Notes: generated by a model from the sequence alone, not told the origin. A stretch of 64,000 nt of DNA from Minisyncoccota bacterium (GCA_041664625.1 JBAYKK010000001.1:1956-65955); one strand, 5' to 3'; shown: positions 28,942 through 39,178, counted from the stretch's first letter. Numbers and translations: made by a program.

Positions 28942-29349
28942 ATGAAATACATTGCAACGTTGATTTTCATAAGTTTTTTGGGATTAGCCGTATTTAGCAC
29001 TATGGCTCTTAATCATAGGATGAACGATTCTGTGGATAACTGCATAGGTTCTAAAGTGGATAACACTCCTTGCCCTACCAACTTAGTGGCAGCGGCCGCT
29101 CATCACATTTCCGTTTATCAAGCGATTTTCAATACATTTATACCTTCAGTTAGTAACTCTCTTGTTTTATTAACATTACTGCTCCTTGCTCTAGCATTTA
29201 TATCCTGGTCTGCCAAAGATCTTATCAGCGAGACTTCCCAACTTAAATTTTTACATCAAAGATTAAGAGATTTTGAATTAGTAAGACATAAAGCTAGACA
29301 AAGATTTGTCTCTTGGCTTTCTCTTTTTGAATTGAGTCCTTCTATATAA
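28942..29349 (+). CDS. Membrane protein with Cys/His motif heading the CcdA cluster
   Basis: TM, C..C.P, HH, second TM, C-terminus WLSLFELSPSI. Confidence 0.6.
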   Translation: MKYIATLIFISFLGLAVFSTMALNHRMNDSVDNCIGSKVDNTPCPTNLVAAAAHHISVYQAIFNTFIPSVSNSLVLLTLLLLALAFISWSAKDLISETSQLKFLHQRLRDFELVRHKARQRFVSWLSLFELSPSI

Positions 29350-29446
29350 TCCGGCACGAATTAGCCTAAGCTTTTTCGTGCTGTTCAATATCCCATCTCT
29401 GGGATATTTCTATTTACTACTAAAATTATTAGCTTACAGAAAAATT

Positions 29447-30316
29447 ATGGAAATTCTCGTAGGAACATCTCTCGTGGCGGCATTCGTGGCCGGAGTAGCA
29501 GCTCTGTTCGCTCCATGTTGTGTGTCTGTTCTTCTGCCGTCTTACCTTGGGAACGTATTCAAAGAAAAATACAAAATTTTCTTTATGACTTTTGTATTTT
29601 TCCTCGGTATGGCAACAGTTTTCCTGCCGATCGGATTGGGAGCATCAATGTTGTCTCAAACTTTCAGCAAATACCACAGCCAAATATTCACGGTTGGCGG
29701 TATATTCCTGATGGTACTTGGGATCTTTATGCTGTTCGGTAAAAAAATGACCACACCTGCTTCTGTTAGAGATGGTATGAAAAAGCATGTTTCGTCCATC
29801 TATGTCCTTGGAATATTCTCAGCTATCGCAACTACTTGTTGCGCTCCGGTATTGGCTGGAGTGCTGACTCTCTCGGTCGCTAGTGGCACAGTTATTTGGG
29901 GAGTGATTTATACCCTTGCTTACGTCTTGGGTATGACATTGCCCCTATTCATCATTGCTGCACTTCTGGACAAATACAACCTTACGGAAAAAATAAAGGG
30001 GGCGAAAAAGATTGTGGCTATGCGGCTCGGAAGCTTTAAGTGGAGGATTACGGTCTCTGAACTCATCTCAAGCCTAATCTTCCTCGCAATGGGCGGATAT
30101 ATCACGTACTTGGCTTTTGCCAATAAATTGACTATGCATCCGTCCGATTATCAGCTGCAAATGAACATATACAACGCCAAATTTCTGGGTGCTATTCAGG
30201 GCTATGTAAAAATAATTCCCGAATATATTTGGGCTCTGATCTTCGTATTGATCGTGTCGTATATGTCATTTGCGTTTATCAAACTAATTAAAAAACAAAA
30301 CAATGAAAAAATTTAA
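29447..30316 (+). CDS. CcdA/DsbD-type thiol-disulfide transporter
   Basis: FAPCC.SVLLPSYL, CCAPVL, YVLGM. Confidence 0.85.
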   Translation: MEILVGTSLVAAFVAGVAALFAPCCVSVLLPSYLGNVFKEKYKIFFMTFVFFLGMATVFLPIGLGASMLSQTFSKYHSQIFTVGGIFLMVLGIFMLFGKKMTTPASVRDGMKKHVSSIYVLGIFSAIATTCCAPVLAGVLTLSVASGTVIWGVIYTLAYVLGMTLPLFIIAALLDKYNLTEKIKGAKKIVAMRLGSFKWRITVSELISSLIFLAMGGYITYLAFANKLTMHPSDYQLQMNIYNAKFLGAIQGYVKIIPEYIWALIFVLIVSYMSFAFIKLIKKQNNEKI

Positions 30317-30959
30317 GGAATACATACCGCTTTTAACAGCATTCATGTTCGTTATTGGGGTCGGGGCACTCGGATTTATTTTGTATAAATCGGCTCCGCC
30401 CCAAACTGCCCAATCTGCGACAGCGACTAATGATATGTCCAGCCATCACAGCGGAGGGGCTGGAGCAGTGACGGATAATGGTCCGCTCAATTCTCTAATA
30501 GGCAAAGCATTGCCGGATATAAGTCTCCAAGATAAAGATGGTAAAACATACGCCAATGCCGACCTTAAGGGTAAATATACAGTCCTTTTCTTCAATGAGG
30601 GGCTCATGTGTTATCCCGGATGTTGGAACCAAATTGCTGCTTTTGGCAGTGACTCGAGATTCAATTCGGCCGATGTACAGGCTATATCTGTAGTAGTTGA
30701 TTCGGCCAAAGATTGGCAAAAGGCTATCGCCAAAATGCCTAAACTGGCTAATGCTAGAACTATGTATGACACAGGGGCGAGCGCCTCAAAACAGCTCGGT
30801 ATGCTCTCCACTGCTTCTTCGATGCATAAAGGATCACTGCCCGGACACACGTATGTTTTGGTCGATAAAGATGGAATCGTAAAGTACGTTTATGACGATC
30901 CTAATATGGCTATCGCCAACGATTCTCTCTGGGGCAAAATTCAGGAATTAAACAAATAA
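30303..30959 (+). CDS. Redoxin / AhpC-TSA family protein
   Basis: LKGKYTVLFF, CYPGC, ISVVVD, LVDKDGIV. Confidence 0.8.
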   Translation: MKKFKEYIPLLTAFMFVIGVGALGFILYKSAPPQTAQSATATNDMSSHHSGGAGAVTDNGPLNSLIGKALPDISLQDKDGKTYANADLKGKYTVLFFNEGLMCYPGCWNQIAAFGSDSRFNSADVQAISVVVDSAKDWQKAIAKMPKLANARTMYDTGASASKQLGMLSTASSMHKGSLPGHTYVLVDKDGIVKYVYDDPNMAIANDSLWGKIQELNK

Positions 30960-30964
30960 CAATT

Positions 30965-31456
30965 ATGGACAAAAAACCAACAATGGAGGAGCTTGTGGAA
31001 AAAATAAATAAGCTCAAAGCTACGGGCGAACTTGATCTCTCTATGGAGGAAGATTTGAGTATAGCCATTATGAATCTGATTAGTCTGGAAGAACATTTCT
31101 ATTTTACCGGAGAAAAAACCGGTAAAAGCGAATATTTTGATTTGCTGGGCGAAACCAGGGAAATCAGAAAACAGCTTCTAGCTAAAATGATTGACAAAAA
31201 CGAAGGAGAGACTTGGTGCATTACCAAACACTTACTCGCTACGACCATGAGGCTTATAGAGGTCGGTACCAAGCTTCAATCGTCCGGCAAAAAAGAAGAA
31301 TCGCAAGATATGTTCAAAAAAGCCTATCAAATTTACTCTCTCTTTTGGGGACTTAGGCTTAAACTCATAGATTTACCTGAATTGAAAGAAGTATCAGGCG
31401 AGCCAATGACAAAAGAAGATATTATTAGCAAATTAGTAGACTGTTGCAAAGAATAG
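30965..31456 (+). CDS. Helical hypothetical protein with EEH, WC..KH and C-terminal CC
   Basis: Clean ORF within the operon. Confidence 0.65.
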   Translation: MDKKPTMEELVEKINKLKATGELDLSMEEDLSIAIMNLISLEEHFYFTGEKTGKSEYFDLLGETREIRKQLLAKMIDKNEGETWCITKHLLATTMRLIEVGTKLQSSGKKEESQDMFKKAYQIYSLFWGLRLKLIDLPELKEVSGEPMTKEDIISKLVDCCKE

Positions 31457-31475
31457 ACTACACATTAAAAGTAAA

Positions 31476-32477
31476 ATGGAAAATAAAAAAACTTTCGAAA
31501 TACCTACGCCTGTGGCAATTATTATTGCTGGAGCATTGCTTTCCGGTGCTTGGATGTTCAATAATTGGCTGAATCTTCCAGTCAACCAGCAGAAGACGAC
31601 TCTGGCCGCCCAAAAGAAAGTCCAGGTTCAATTATCAGATGCGGAAAAGAAAGTCATCCCCGCTGGGGGGGTGGAATTACCAGTGACTTGGGGAGAACTT
31701 GGGAAACAGTTAACTGATGTCGGGGTCATTGATAAAGAAAAATTCAAAAAGTTGTATGTAGATCGCCAAGAATGGAATGCTGAATACGATAAGCTTCTTT
31801 CTGGTAATAACACAGGAAAGATCAGGGTTACCCCTGAAAATTCACCGTTTCTATTGAACTTACTATGGGCACTCGGCTTAGCTCAAAACAATCCTATCTT
31901 GTTTGATAAAGAAGACATAATGAATCCTAAGTATGCCAACGGCAAAACTCCTGGTTCAACATTTGCTTCTACCGGAGGCTGGAATATGGCCGTTGGAAAC
32001 AGTATGGACCACTATGGGAAGCACACCTTCTTTAATCTCACTCCTGAACAGCAGGCATTGGTTGATAAAATTTCTCGTGGCGTATACCGACCTTGCTGCG
32101 GCAATTCAACTCACTTCCCAGATTGCAATCACGGTATGGCCATGTTGGGGCTTCTAGAACTCATGGCCTCTCAAGACGCAAGCGAGCAAGACATGTGGAA
32201 AGCGGCTCTCGCAATCAATTCATATTGGTTTCCTGACACTTACATCACCATTGCTTCTTACATGAAAGAAAAGAAGAATATAGAGTGGAAAAATGTTAAT
32301 CCTCAAGAAGTTTTGGGAGTAGATTATTCAAGCGGTCAAGGCTTTGCAAAAATTTCTGCGCAGGTGGCTCCAGTATCTGGATCAAGCAGAGGTGGCAGTG
32401 GATGCGGCATTAGTTCCGGCGCACCGGCAGAAACAGTGGCACAGCCACAGAGAAGACAGAGCGGTTGCGGATTATAA
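31476..32477 (+). CDS. Anchored Cys-cluster protein, paralog 1
   Basis: YRPCCGNSTHFPDCNHGMAMLG, two GCG tail motifs. Confidence 0.75.
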   Translation: MENKKTFEIPTPVAIIIAGALLSGAWMFNNWLNLPVNQQKTTLAAQKKVQVQLSDAEKKVIPAGGVELPVTWGELGKQLTDVGVIDKEKFKKLYVDRQEWNAEYDKLLSGNNTGKIRVTPENSPFLLNLLWALGLAQNNPILFDKEDIMNPKYANGKTPGSTFASTGGWNMAVGNSMDHYGKHTFFNLTPEQQALVDKISRGVYRPCCGNSTHFPDCNHGMAMLGLLELMASQDASEQDMWKAALAINSYWFPDTYITIASYMKEKKNIEWKNVNPQEVLGVDYSSGQGFAKISAQVAPVSGSSRGGSGCGISSGAPAETVAQPQRRQSGCGL

Positions 32478-32500
32478 GATTAAAATAGCCACAATAAAAA

Positions 32501-33388
32501 ATGGAAAACGAACCAGAATATGGAATTCAAAGGCAGACGAAAAAATCTGGCGACAAGTTCATGTTACCAATCTCTATCGTTATTGCTGGTATATTGATTG
32601 CCGGAGCTGTTACGTATAAATCAGGAGCCATTTCGTTACAGTCGCTGACAGCCAAGCAAGCAGTTCAAAACAGGCAAGCAACACTTATCGATGGAGGAAA
32701 AATTCTACCTCTGGAACAGGAAAAGAAAATACTTGAAACTCTAATCGCTAACGGCACTATTGATCCAAACCAGCTTTCTGAAGTGTCTGAGCTTAATCTG
32801 CTTTGGGCATTTGGCTTGGCTAATAAGAATCAGATTCTTGAGAATGGACCGATAATGGATTCTAGCTATGGCGGACCGACAAACATGGCTTCGGTTGGAG
32901 GGTGGACTGTAACAACAGGATCAGTGATGGATCACTATGACAAACACTCTTTAGTGGCACTTACAGTTGATCAACAGGCTCTTGTTGAAAAAATTGCAAA
33001 GGAAATCTATAGACCTTGTTGTGATAACTCTACCTACTTCCCTGATTGCAACCACGGAATGGCTATGTTGGGGCTTCTTGAATACCTAGCATTCCAAGGA
33101 GCAACAGAAGAGCAGATGTGGAATGCGGCCATAACGGCCAATATGAGCTGGTTCCCTGATCAATATCAGACGATCTCCCAATATTTGAAGATAAAGGGTA
33201 TTGATATAAAGACAGTGACACCTCAAATGCTTCTTAGCGCAGAATATTCAAGCGGTTCAGGATTTACAAGGATTTCAGCTCAAGTTCCTCAAAACCTGCA
33301 GCAAAGAAGTAGCGGTGGTGGGTGTGGTGTGGATTCAGGTGGAACTTCGGCTACACCCCAGAAACAGCAAGGCGGATGTGGGATATAA
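32501..33388 (+). CDS. Anchored Cys-cluster protein, paralog 2
   Basis: YRPCCDNSTYFPDCNHGMAMLG, two GCG tail motifs. Confidence 0.75.
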   Translation: MENEPEYGIQRQTKKSGDKFMLPISIVIAGILIAGAVTYKSGAISLQSLTAKQAVQNRQATLIDGGKILPLEQEKKILETLIANGTIDPNQLSEVSELNLLWAFGLANKNQILENGPIMDSSYGGPTNMASVGGWTVTTGSVMDHYDKHSLVALTVDQQALVEKIAKEIYRPCCDNSTYFPDCNHGMAMLGLLEYLAFQGATEEQMWNAAITANMSWFPDQYQTISQYLKIKGIDIKTVTPQMLLSAEYSSGSGFTRISAQVPQNLQQRSSGGGCGVDSGGTSATPQKQQGGCGI

Positions 33389-33418
33389 AATTATAAATTT
33401 AGATTAAACATTAAAATT

Positions 33419-34042
33419 ATGGACATTACGATTAGAGGTGACGAGCAAAAACCATCAAAAGCCAAAGGATCAAGGTTGATTATTATCTCCGTCAGCGCCG
33501 CAATAATAATTCTCCTTGCCAGTCTCCAATTCTCAAGAGGTCTGCTTGTAGCGGCAACCGTTAATGGTAGCCCCATAAGCAGATGGGCAGTAATAGGAAA
33601 TTTGGAAAAGCAAGCTGGCAAACAGGCACTTGATTCTTTGATCACTGAAAAATTAATTGAAAGCAAACTGGGTGAAATATTTGTTTCTAAAGAAGAAATA
33701 GACGGCGAAATTAAAAAAATTGAGCAACAGGTTACTTCTCAAGGAGCAACCATGGATGCGGCTCTAAAGCAGCAAGGTATGACAATGGAACAGCTACAAG
33801 ACCAGATAACGATGCGAAAAAAGCTTGAAAAATTGCTGGCTGATAAAGCCCAGATATCGGATGAAGAAGTGAACACCTACATTAAAGATAACAAAGTTAC
33901 ACCTAAAAATGGCGAAAAGCCGGAAGATTTCAAGGTTCAAGTTAAACTGGAATTACAACAGCAGAAGTTTGACCAAGTAGCTGGGCAATGGATGAGTGAT
34001 TTAAAAACTAACGCAAAAATAAATTATTATGTAAATTATTAA
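33419..34042 (+). CDS. SurA N-terminal / PrsA-like chaperone
   Basis: AATVNG.PIS, LDSLI.EKLI, VSKEEID, LK..AKI. Confidence 0.75.
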   Translation: MDITIRGDEQKPSKAKGSRLIIISVSAAIIILLASLQFSRGLLVAATVNGSPISRWAVIGNLEKQAGKQALDSLITEKLIESKLGEIFVSKEEIDGEIKKIEQQVTSQGATMDAALKQQGMTMEQLQDQITMRKKLEKLLADKAQISDEEVNTYIKDNKVTPKNGEKPEDFKVQVKLELQQQKFDQVAGQWMSDLKTNAKINYYVNY

Positions 34043-34068
34043 AGAATAACATGTGACGTTTTCATATT

Positions 34069-34102
34069 AATAGTCCTGTCCGAGCAATTGGATGGGGCTA
34101 TT
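34069..34102. terminator. Hairpin between convergent units
   Basis: AATAGTCCTGTCCGA-gcaa-TTGGATGGGGCTATT. Confidence 0.6.
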
Positions 34103-34105
34103 ATC

Positions 34106-35935
34106 TCAAAACTCTCCCAAAATTCCTTTCAATTTAGTCTCATGGTCTCGAATACCAGCATCGTCTGGTTCAATTGAATCAATATCGATAATAAAATTAT
34201 CCTCAAAATGCAGGATCTCTTTTTGCTTGAAAATGCCACGTCTAGTTTTCTTTAGGTCATCTTTGGCTGCGTTGGTAGCGATCAAAATCGATTCGTTATA
34301 TAGCCTAATACAATCCTTTAAAAATTGTATCCTCTCGGCCACATGATAGGTAAAATCGGTCTCGTAAATTTTGACTAGTCTCTTGAATAGTTTTTCAAAA
34401 GCCAAAAGAGCGGCATAATTTTTAATCAGATTTTCTCGTCTTTCCTTAAACAATTTGTAAATCTGTTGGCTCCTGAACTTTATGATCGCTTTTCCATCCT
34501 CCCGCTCCTCTTTAAACACAGATTGTCCCTTGTGAATATTTGAGAGAAGGGTGATTGAGAGACCATAAACACTGAAAATATTTGGTTCACCCTTGCCGTT
34601 GTGGTCGCAGATAAGAAATTCTCTGTCCAGGTTTTCTCCATTTTCAGGATCGTCATTGGTATAAACGATGCCTAGATTTGGATCATATTTATCTGTTCTT
34701 TCTCTGAATTCTTTAACGAATTTGTAATCTGCTTTTAAATTATATAAACTTTTGCCAGTTATGACAGAGCCATCAAATGTCTCAAAGCATACTCTTTCGT
34801 CGGCTTCGCACTTAATTGGTTCGAGGCCGGCATTCTCCAGAACTTTGCGAGCGTTTTCAAGCTCTTTGTCGTATAAACCTTTGCTGTACAATTTTTCATT
34901 TCTGGTTTCTCTCTCGCTTCTCTCGCTCAATTTCAATTCTCCTTTTTTGACGTGATCTAGTAAAATTTTTCTGGCTTCCTTTTTAATCTCAAGCCACCTT
35001 TGGAAAAGATCGAAGCTATTACTCAAAACAAGAGGGGTATAGTCATCAAAGAGCCCATCATCGAACCACTTGAGGCAAGCTTCCTTTAGCATAGCTTTTA
35101 TATTTGTGTCGTTTTTGGTCGCGTACTCTTCCATTAGTTTAGAGACCTCTTCGTAGGTATTGCTCTGCTCATCATCAGCTTCTTGATTTTGAGACATGGA
35201 CTTGCCCTTAATTTCAATTCCCTTGTCTTTCAAAAAATATCTGGCAACTTCGGTCAGAGGGATGCAAGCGAAATAATGATAGAGCTGGTATTCGTGGGCA
35301 AATTTGTTGTAACTTTGCTCAGCCACCAGCTCTGCCAGTTTTTCTTTGCCGTCTTGGTTGAGTTCATCTTTGTCGCCAAAGAGATTGGCGATAATTTCCT
35401 CTTGATCTAAATACTGGTGGTCATATTCAATTTCAACATACAGCTCCTTAAGTTGCTCTTTTTCCGCTTCACTTAATCTTTCGAGAGCTAGTTGGTACAC
35501 AGCATAATCAAAATCAATTCCTTCTCGCAGCTTCATTTGTTTTTGCTTTTCGGCAATTTCCGCGGCTTCTTCAATGGTGACCATCTTTGTGCTCTTCAGG
35601 TTTTCGATGTACCTTTTCATTTCTCGGTGAGCTGGATATTGGGCCATGTCGGTAAGAATGGGAAGTTGAGCAAGGTATGCGGTCTGGCCGTCTTTGAAAT
35701 GGAATTCGACTTCGATTTCCATCCTACCTACATGTTTCCAGCCTTCATTCATACGGTTCCACTCTTTGGCTTCCCAGTTCTCTTTTGACTCCCAATTTTC
35801 AAGAGCCGCTTTATCGGCAGGAGTGAGAGATTCTTTTCCCGTTCTTTCTCTTTGGATGTCGTTTTGAATGAGGAGAATATACCTCTCCTTTGGAGTTAAG
35901 TTACTTCGGCCCAACATATTTGAAATATTTTTCAT
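34106..35935 (-). CDS. Large hypothetical helical protein
   Basis: 609-aa ORF, translationally coupled to the upstream gene. Confidence 0.7.
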   Translation of the reverse strand: MKNISNMLGRSNLTPKERYILLIQNDIQRERTGKESLTPADKAALENWESKENWEAKEWNRMNEGWKHVGRMEIEVEFHFKDGQTAYLAQLPILTDMAQYPAHREMKRYIENLKSTKMVTIEEAAEIAEKQKQMKLREGIDFDYAVYQLALERLSEAEKEQLKELYVEIEYDHQYLDQEEIIANLFGDKDELNQDGKEKLAELVAEQSYNKFAHEYQLYHYFACIPLTEVARYFLKDKGIEIKGKSMSQNQEADDEQSNTYEEVSKLMEEYATKNDTNIKAMLKEACLKWFDDGLFDDYTPLVLSNSFDLFQRWLEIKKEARKILLDHVKKGELKLSERSERETRNEKLYSKGLYDKELENARKVLENAGLEPIKCEADERVCFETFDGSVITGKSLYNLKADYKFVKEFRERTDKYDPNLGIVYTNDDPENGENLDREFLICDHNGKGEPNIFSVYGLSITLLSNIHKGQSVFKEEREDGKAIIKFRSQQIYKLFKERRENLIKNYAALLAFEKLFKRLVKIYETDFTYHVAERIQFLKDCIRLYNESILIATNAAKDDLKKTRRGIFKQKEILHFEDNFIIDIDSIEPDDAGIRDHETKLKGILGEF

Positions 35936-36153
35936 ATTTTTCTCTTTTTTAACATCTGTTCAAGAAATTCGACCCGGTCTTTGAGGTCTCTGACTTCTAT
36001 AAGTTTAGATAACGCCAAAGCCAAGCGGGAAATAGTGGCTGCCCGACGCAAAGAAGTTTTTCTCTCAGCCACATCCTGCAAAGTCTCTGAAAGAATGGCT
36101 GCCGCCTCTTCAGCACTCATGTAATTTTTCTTTTGTAAATCTTTTTCGTCCAT
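35932..36153 (-). CDS. Small hypothetical protein
   Basis: Coupled ORF, coiled-coil C-terminus. Confidence 0.55.
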   Translation of the reverse strand: MDEKDLQKKNYMSAEEAAAILSETLQDVAERKTSLRRAATISRLALALSKLIEVRDLKDRVEFLEQMLKKRKI

Positions 36154-36157
36154 ATTT

Positions 36158-36547
36158 TTACATTCCTTCAATTATTTCCATCCAAGCTTTGACCTCGGCA
36201 GCCCTGCCGGTTTTGGTAGCTTCGCGATACAGAGCAGAGACGACATTTGGAGTTAGCTTCTTGGCCCAGGAATGGATAGATTTCATAAGGCCACCTGATT
36301 TCTCAATCCTCTTGTTCCATTCGGAAAGAGTGCCCAAATCCTTGATTCCAAACTTCTTGGCAAACTCTGTTTGGTTTTTAATTTCCAAAAGAGACATCGC
36401 CAGCTCGTCATCCACACCCAATTTTTCGACCACATGCCTCGGCTGTCCGCGCAGGATAGAAGGCATCGATCGCCAAAGAACATAGGATTCAAATTCCTGT
36501 TTTTTGTAGATGGTCGCATATTTTGAGTTATCATCCTCGTCTGGCAT
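36158..36547 (-). CDS. HTH protein resembling phage terminase-small/phBC6A51-type
   Basis: NQTEFAKKFGI...TLSEW, V..ALY..A..G. Confidence 0.5.
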   Translation of the reverse strand: MPDEDDNSKYATIYKKQEFESYVLWRSMPSILRGQPRHVVEKLGVDDELAMSLLEIKNQTEFAKKFGIKDLGTLSEWNKRIEKSGGLMKSIHSWAKKLTPNVVSALYREATKTGRAAEVKAWMEIIEGM

Positions 36548-36557
36548 ATAACTTGGG

Positions 36558-37319
36558 TCATTTTAAAATTTCAGCTTTTTTGTCGCTGAGTTTCTCCCAC
36601 CTTTCGACTATGGTGTTGCAATACGACTCCTCCATCTCAATCGCAAAACACCTTCGACCAAGATGTTCGCAAGCGATCAAAGTTGAACCCGATCCGGCAA
36701 ATGGATCAAAAACTATATCTTCTGGCTTGGTACTGTGGTATACGAGGCGACGCAATAGAGCCGGTGGCTTCATGGTTGGATGCAACTTGCTTTTGTGTGG
36801 TTTGGGATAGAAGAGGGCGGTTTTGTCTCGGTTACCGAAATATTCGTGCCTGCCGTACCAGCCATATATGATGAGCTCATGTTGGGGATGAAAATCTTTG
36901 CGGCCGACTATGTGATTGTTTTTAAGCCAAATGAGAAGAGAGGATTTGGTGTAGCTAGTGTCGTGTAGAGCATTCAAAAGTTCTCGCAACTTCATGTCAC
37001 TGTTGAAAATATAGAAGGCATTTTTGTCTTTAAGATATGGCCTCATCGGTTCAAGCCATTTTTTACAAAAACTATAATAATCCTGCTCAACCTCGTCTCC
37101 TTTTATGGCCGAGAATTTTTGATTGCTATTATCCTTATGAATTTTCTCCAAAAATTCCTGCTTGCCTTCGACGTAGCCAACTCCGTACGGGGGATCTGTT
37201 AAAACCAGAGTCGCTTTTTCTTTTTCAAAAAGCTGTTTTACATCCTCCACTTTTGTAGAGTCTCCAAGCATGAGCCTGTGCTCACCAAGTTTCCAGATTT
37301 TAGTTAAGTTTTTTTGCAT
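36558..37319 (-). CDS. N6/N4 DNA methyltransferase
   Basis: HRLMLGDST, TDPPY, HPTMKP, DPFAGSGST. Confidence 0.9.
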   Translation of the reverse strand: MQKNLTKIWKLGEHRLMLGDSTKVEDVKQLFEKEKATLVLTDPPYGVGYVEGKQEFLEKIHKDNSNQKFSAIKGDEVEQDYYSFCKKWLEPMRPYLKDKNAFYIFNSDMKLRELLNALHDTSYTKSSLLIWLKNNHIVGRKDFHPQHELIIYGWYGRHEYFGNRDKTALFYPKPHKSKLHPTMKPPALLRRLVYHSTKPEDIVFDPFAGSGSTLIACEHLGRRCFAIEMEESYCNTIVERWEKLSDKKAEILK

Positions 37320-38562
37320 GGTTGCCGGTGAAATGCTCATAACGTCGAATGATGAGGTCGCAAAATGTCGGGTCGAGTTCGACCAAAAACGCTCGCCGCT
37401 TTAACTGCTCTGCCGCAATTAAGGTACTGCCACTGCCACCGAAGAGATCGAGGATAATTTCGCCGGGAGCAGAGCATCTTTTTATTGGTTTCTCATTTAA
37501 GGTAATTGGCTTTTGAGTTGGATGCTCGTAATCAGCAGAGTTGTCTCTCTTTACCAGCCAGAGTTGGACAATGCTCATGAGATCATCGTATAGGCCGATT
37601 GAGTTCACTTCTTTGTTTAGAACTTCGGATAGATTTTTAAGAGCCGGATTCAGAGAGGGAGTGCCTCGAGTGCCGTAAATGCAGGGCTCGATGACTTTGT
37701 TAAAAGCTACTTGTGGTGTTGGGTCAAAGTTATTTTTAACCCAAAAACAAATTCGGCGGTTGGTGACTTTATTCTGCCCGTAAAGTTGCTGGATTAGCCA
37801 GACATATTTTTCGTCACACCAGTAGAAGAGGTGGACATCGGGGTGGCTTACTGCTAGAGCATTTTGTATCGACTGTTCCAAAAATGTCTCGTACTCCTTG
37901 GCACTCTTGCTGTCATTCACCATTTTTTCAGGCGTATATTTTCCTTTGGAGCCAATGCCTTTTCTATAGTCCAAACCAATGTTATATGGTGGATCGCAGT
38001 ACACCATATTGGCTTTGTGCTCTCCCATGAGCTTCTGCACATTTTTCAAATCAAGGCAGTCTCCACAAAGAAGTCTGTGGTCTCCAAGTTCATACAGGTC
38101 GCCTGGCTTGCTTTCAGGAGTGACAATTTTTTCGAGTTCCTCTGCAACATTAAAATCGTCGTCTGTTATATCTAACACATCATCAAAAAATCCGTTAAGC
38201 TCGTCGGGAGTGAAGCCGACATCAAGGAGAAGGCCGGTATCAAAAGCTCTTAAAAGTTCCTCATCCCAGCTGCCCAAATTTTTGTTGAGCCGTAGGTTTA
38301 ACTCCTGCTCTCGCTCAAGCTCTGGAATAATGAGGTATACAACAGGCACTTCTGTAAAGCCCATCATTTTGGCGACCTTAAGGCGAAGGTGACCACCGAT
38401 CAGGATATTTTTTCTTTCTGGCGCACCATTCACTATTAGGGGATCGCATAGGCCAAATCGCTTTATACTCTCGGTCATATCGGCGATTGTTTTCTCATTC
38501 CATTTTCTGGGATTGTAGACCGAGGGTTTTAATTCACTCACTTTAACTTGTTCTATTTTCAT
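37300..38562 (-). CDS. ParB-N-terminal domain fused DNA methyltransferase
   Basis: YNPR, GGHLRL, CDPPY, HPTQKP, DLFGGSGST. Confidence 0.9.
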   Translation of the reverse strand: MKIEQVKVSELKPSVYNPRKWNEKTIADMTESIKRFGLCDPLIVNGAPERKNILIGGHLRLKVAKMMGFTEVPVVYLIIPELEREQELNLRLNKNLGSWDEELLRAFDTGLLLDVGFTPDELNGFFDDVLDITDDDFNVAEELEKIVTPESKPGDLYELGDHRLLCGDCLDLKNVQKLMGEHKANMVYCDPPYNIGLDYRKGIGSKGKYTPEKMVNDSKSAKEYETFLEQSIQNALAVSHPDVHLFYWCDEKYVWLIQQLYGQNKVTNRRICFWVKNNFDPTPQVAFNKVIEPCIYGTRGTPSLNPALKNLSEVLNKEVNSIGLYDDLMSIVQLWLVKRDNSADYEHPTQKPITLNEKPIKRCSAPGEIILDLFGGSGSTLIAAEQLKRRAFLVELDPTFCDLIIRRYEHFTGNHAKKLN

Positions 38563-38638
38563 AAAATTGGGTTAATTTTTAATTGTTTCTTTAATAATGC
38601 TTACTTGCGACATATAGTAACTATTTTAGGCAAAAAAA

Positions 38639-39172
38639 TTAGAATGATATCCCGGGCATCATGCGGAAGGGTAAATCGAGGTGTTCAAGCTGAATCCTGG
38701 CTACTGGTTTGGACACTCGGAACAATTTGGCGATGTCTTCAACAAATGGAAATGGTTCGTATTGATACACGTTTCTAACTGCCGGTTCCGGCATCAAAAT
38801 ATCCCCGGCAAAGCGGTCGCAGAGTCTCTCTACCCAACTATCATTGTCATCGGAATGGTACATTATGGCTGGTTCATTTGGAACGAGTACAATGTGAGCC
38901 AGTTCATGAGCGGCGGAGAATCTTTGCCTGACGATGCTTTCGTTTCCGTTAAGTATGATGAACCAACCTCTCTCCATGTCTCGGGTAGAGAAGGCGGAGA
39001 CTCCTTTCTCGAATGGAAAATCGGTCCTCGAGTGAACTTCTGCATCGCCCAAGTACTTGGTTATAACCTCCTTGATCACCACCGGAAGATTCAAAGATTC
39101 GCCATATACCTCTTTCAGTATCGCGTTGGCTTTATATTTAGAAACGTTTTTCCATTGCTCCGGGATCTCCAT
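38639..39172 (-). CDS. ImmA/IrrE family metallopeptidase
   Basis: RQRFSAAHELAH, E..CDRFAGDILMP. Confidence 0.88.
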   Translation of the reverse strand: MEIPEQWKNVSKYKANAILKEVYGESLNLPVVIKEVITKYLGDAEVHSRTDFPFEKGVSAFSTRDMERGWFIILNGNESIVRQRFSAAHELAHIVLVPNEPAIMYHSDDNDSWVERLCDRFAGDILMPEPAVRNVYQYEPFPFVEDIAKLFRVSKPVARIQLEHLDLPFRMMPGISF

Positions 39173-39178
39173 TGTCTT

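Noticed and set aside
31476-33388. Selenocysteine in the GCG tails
   Set aside because: Codons are TGC/TGT and the stops are TAA.
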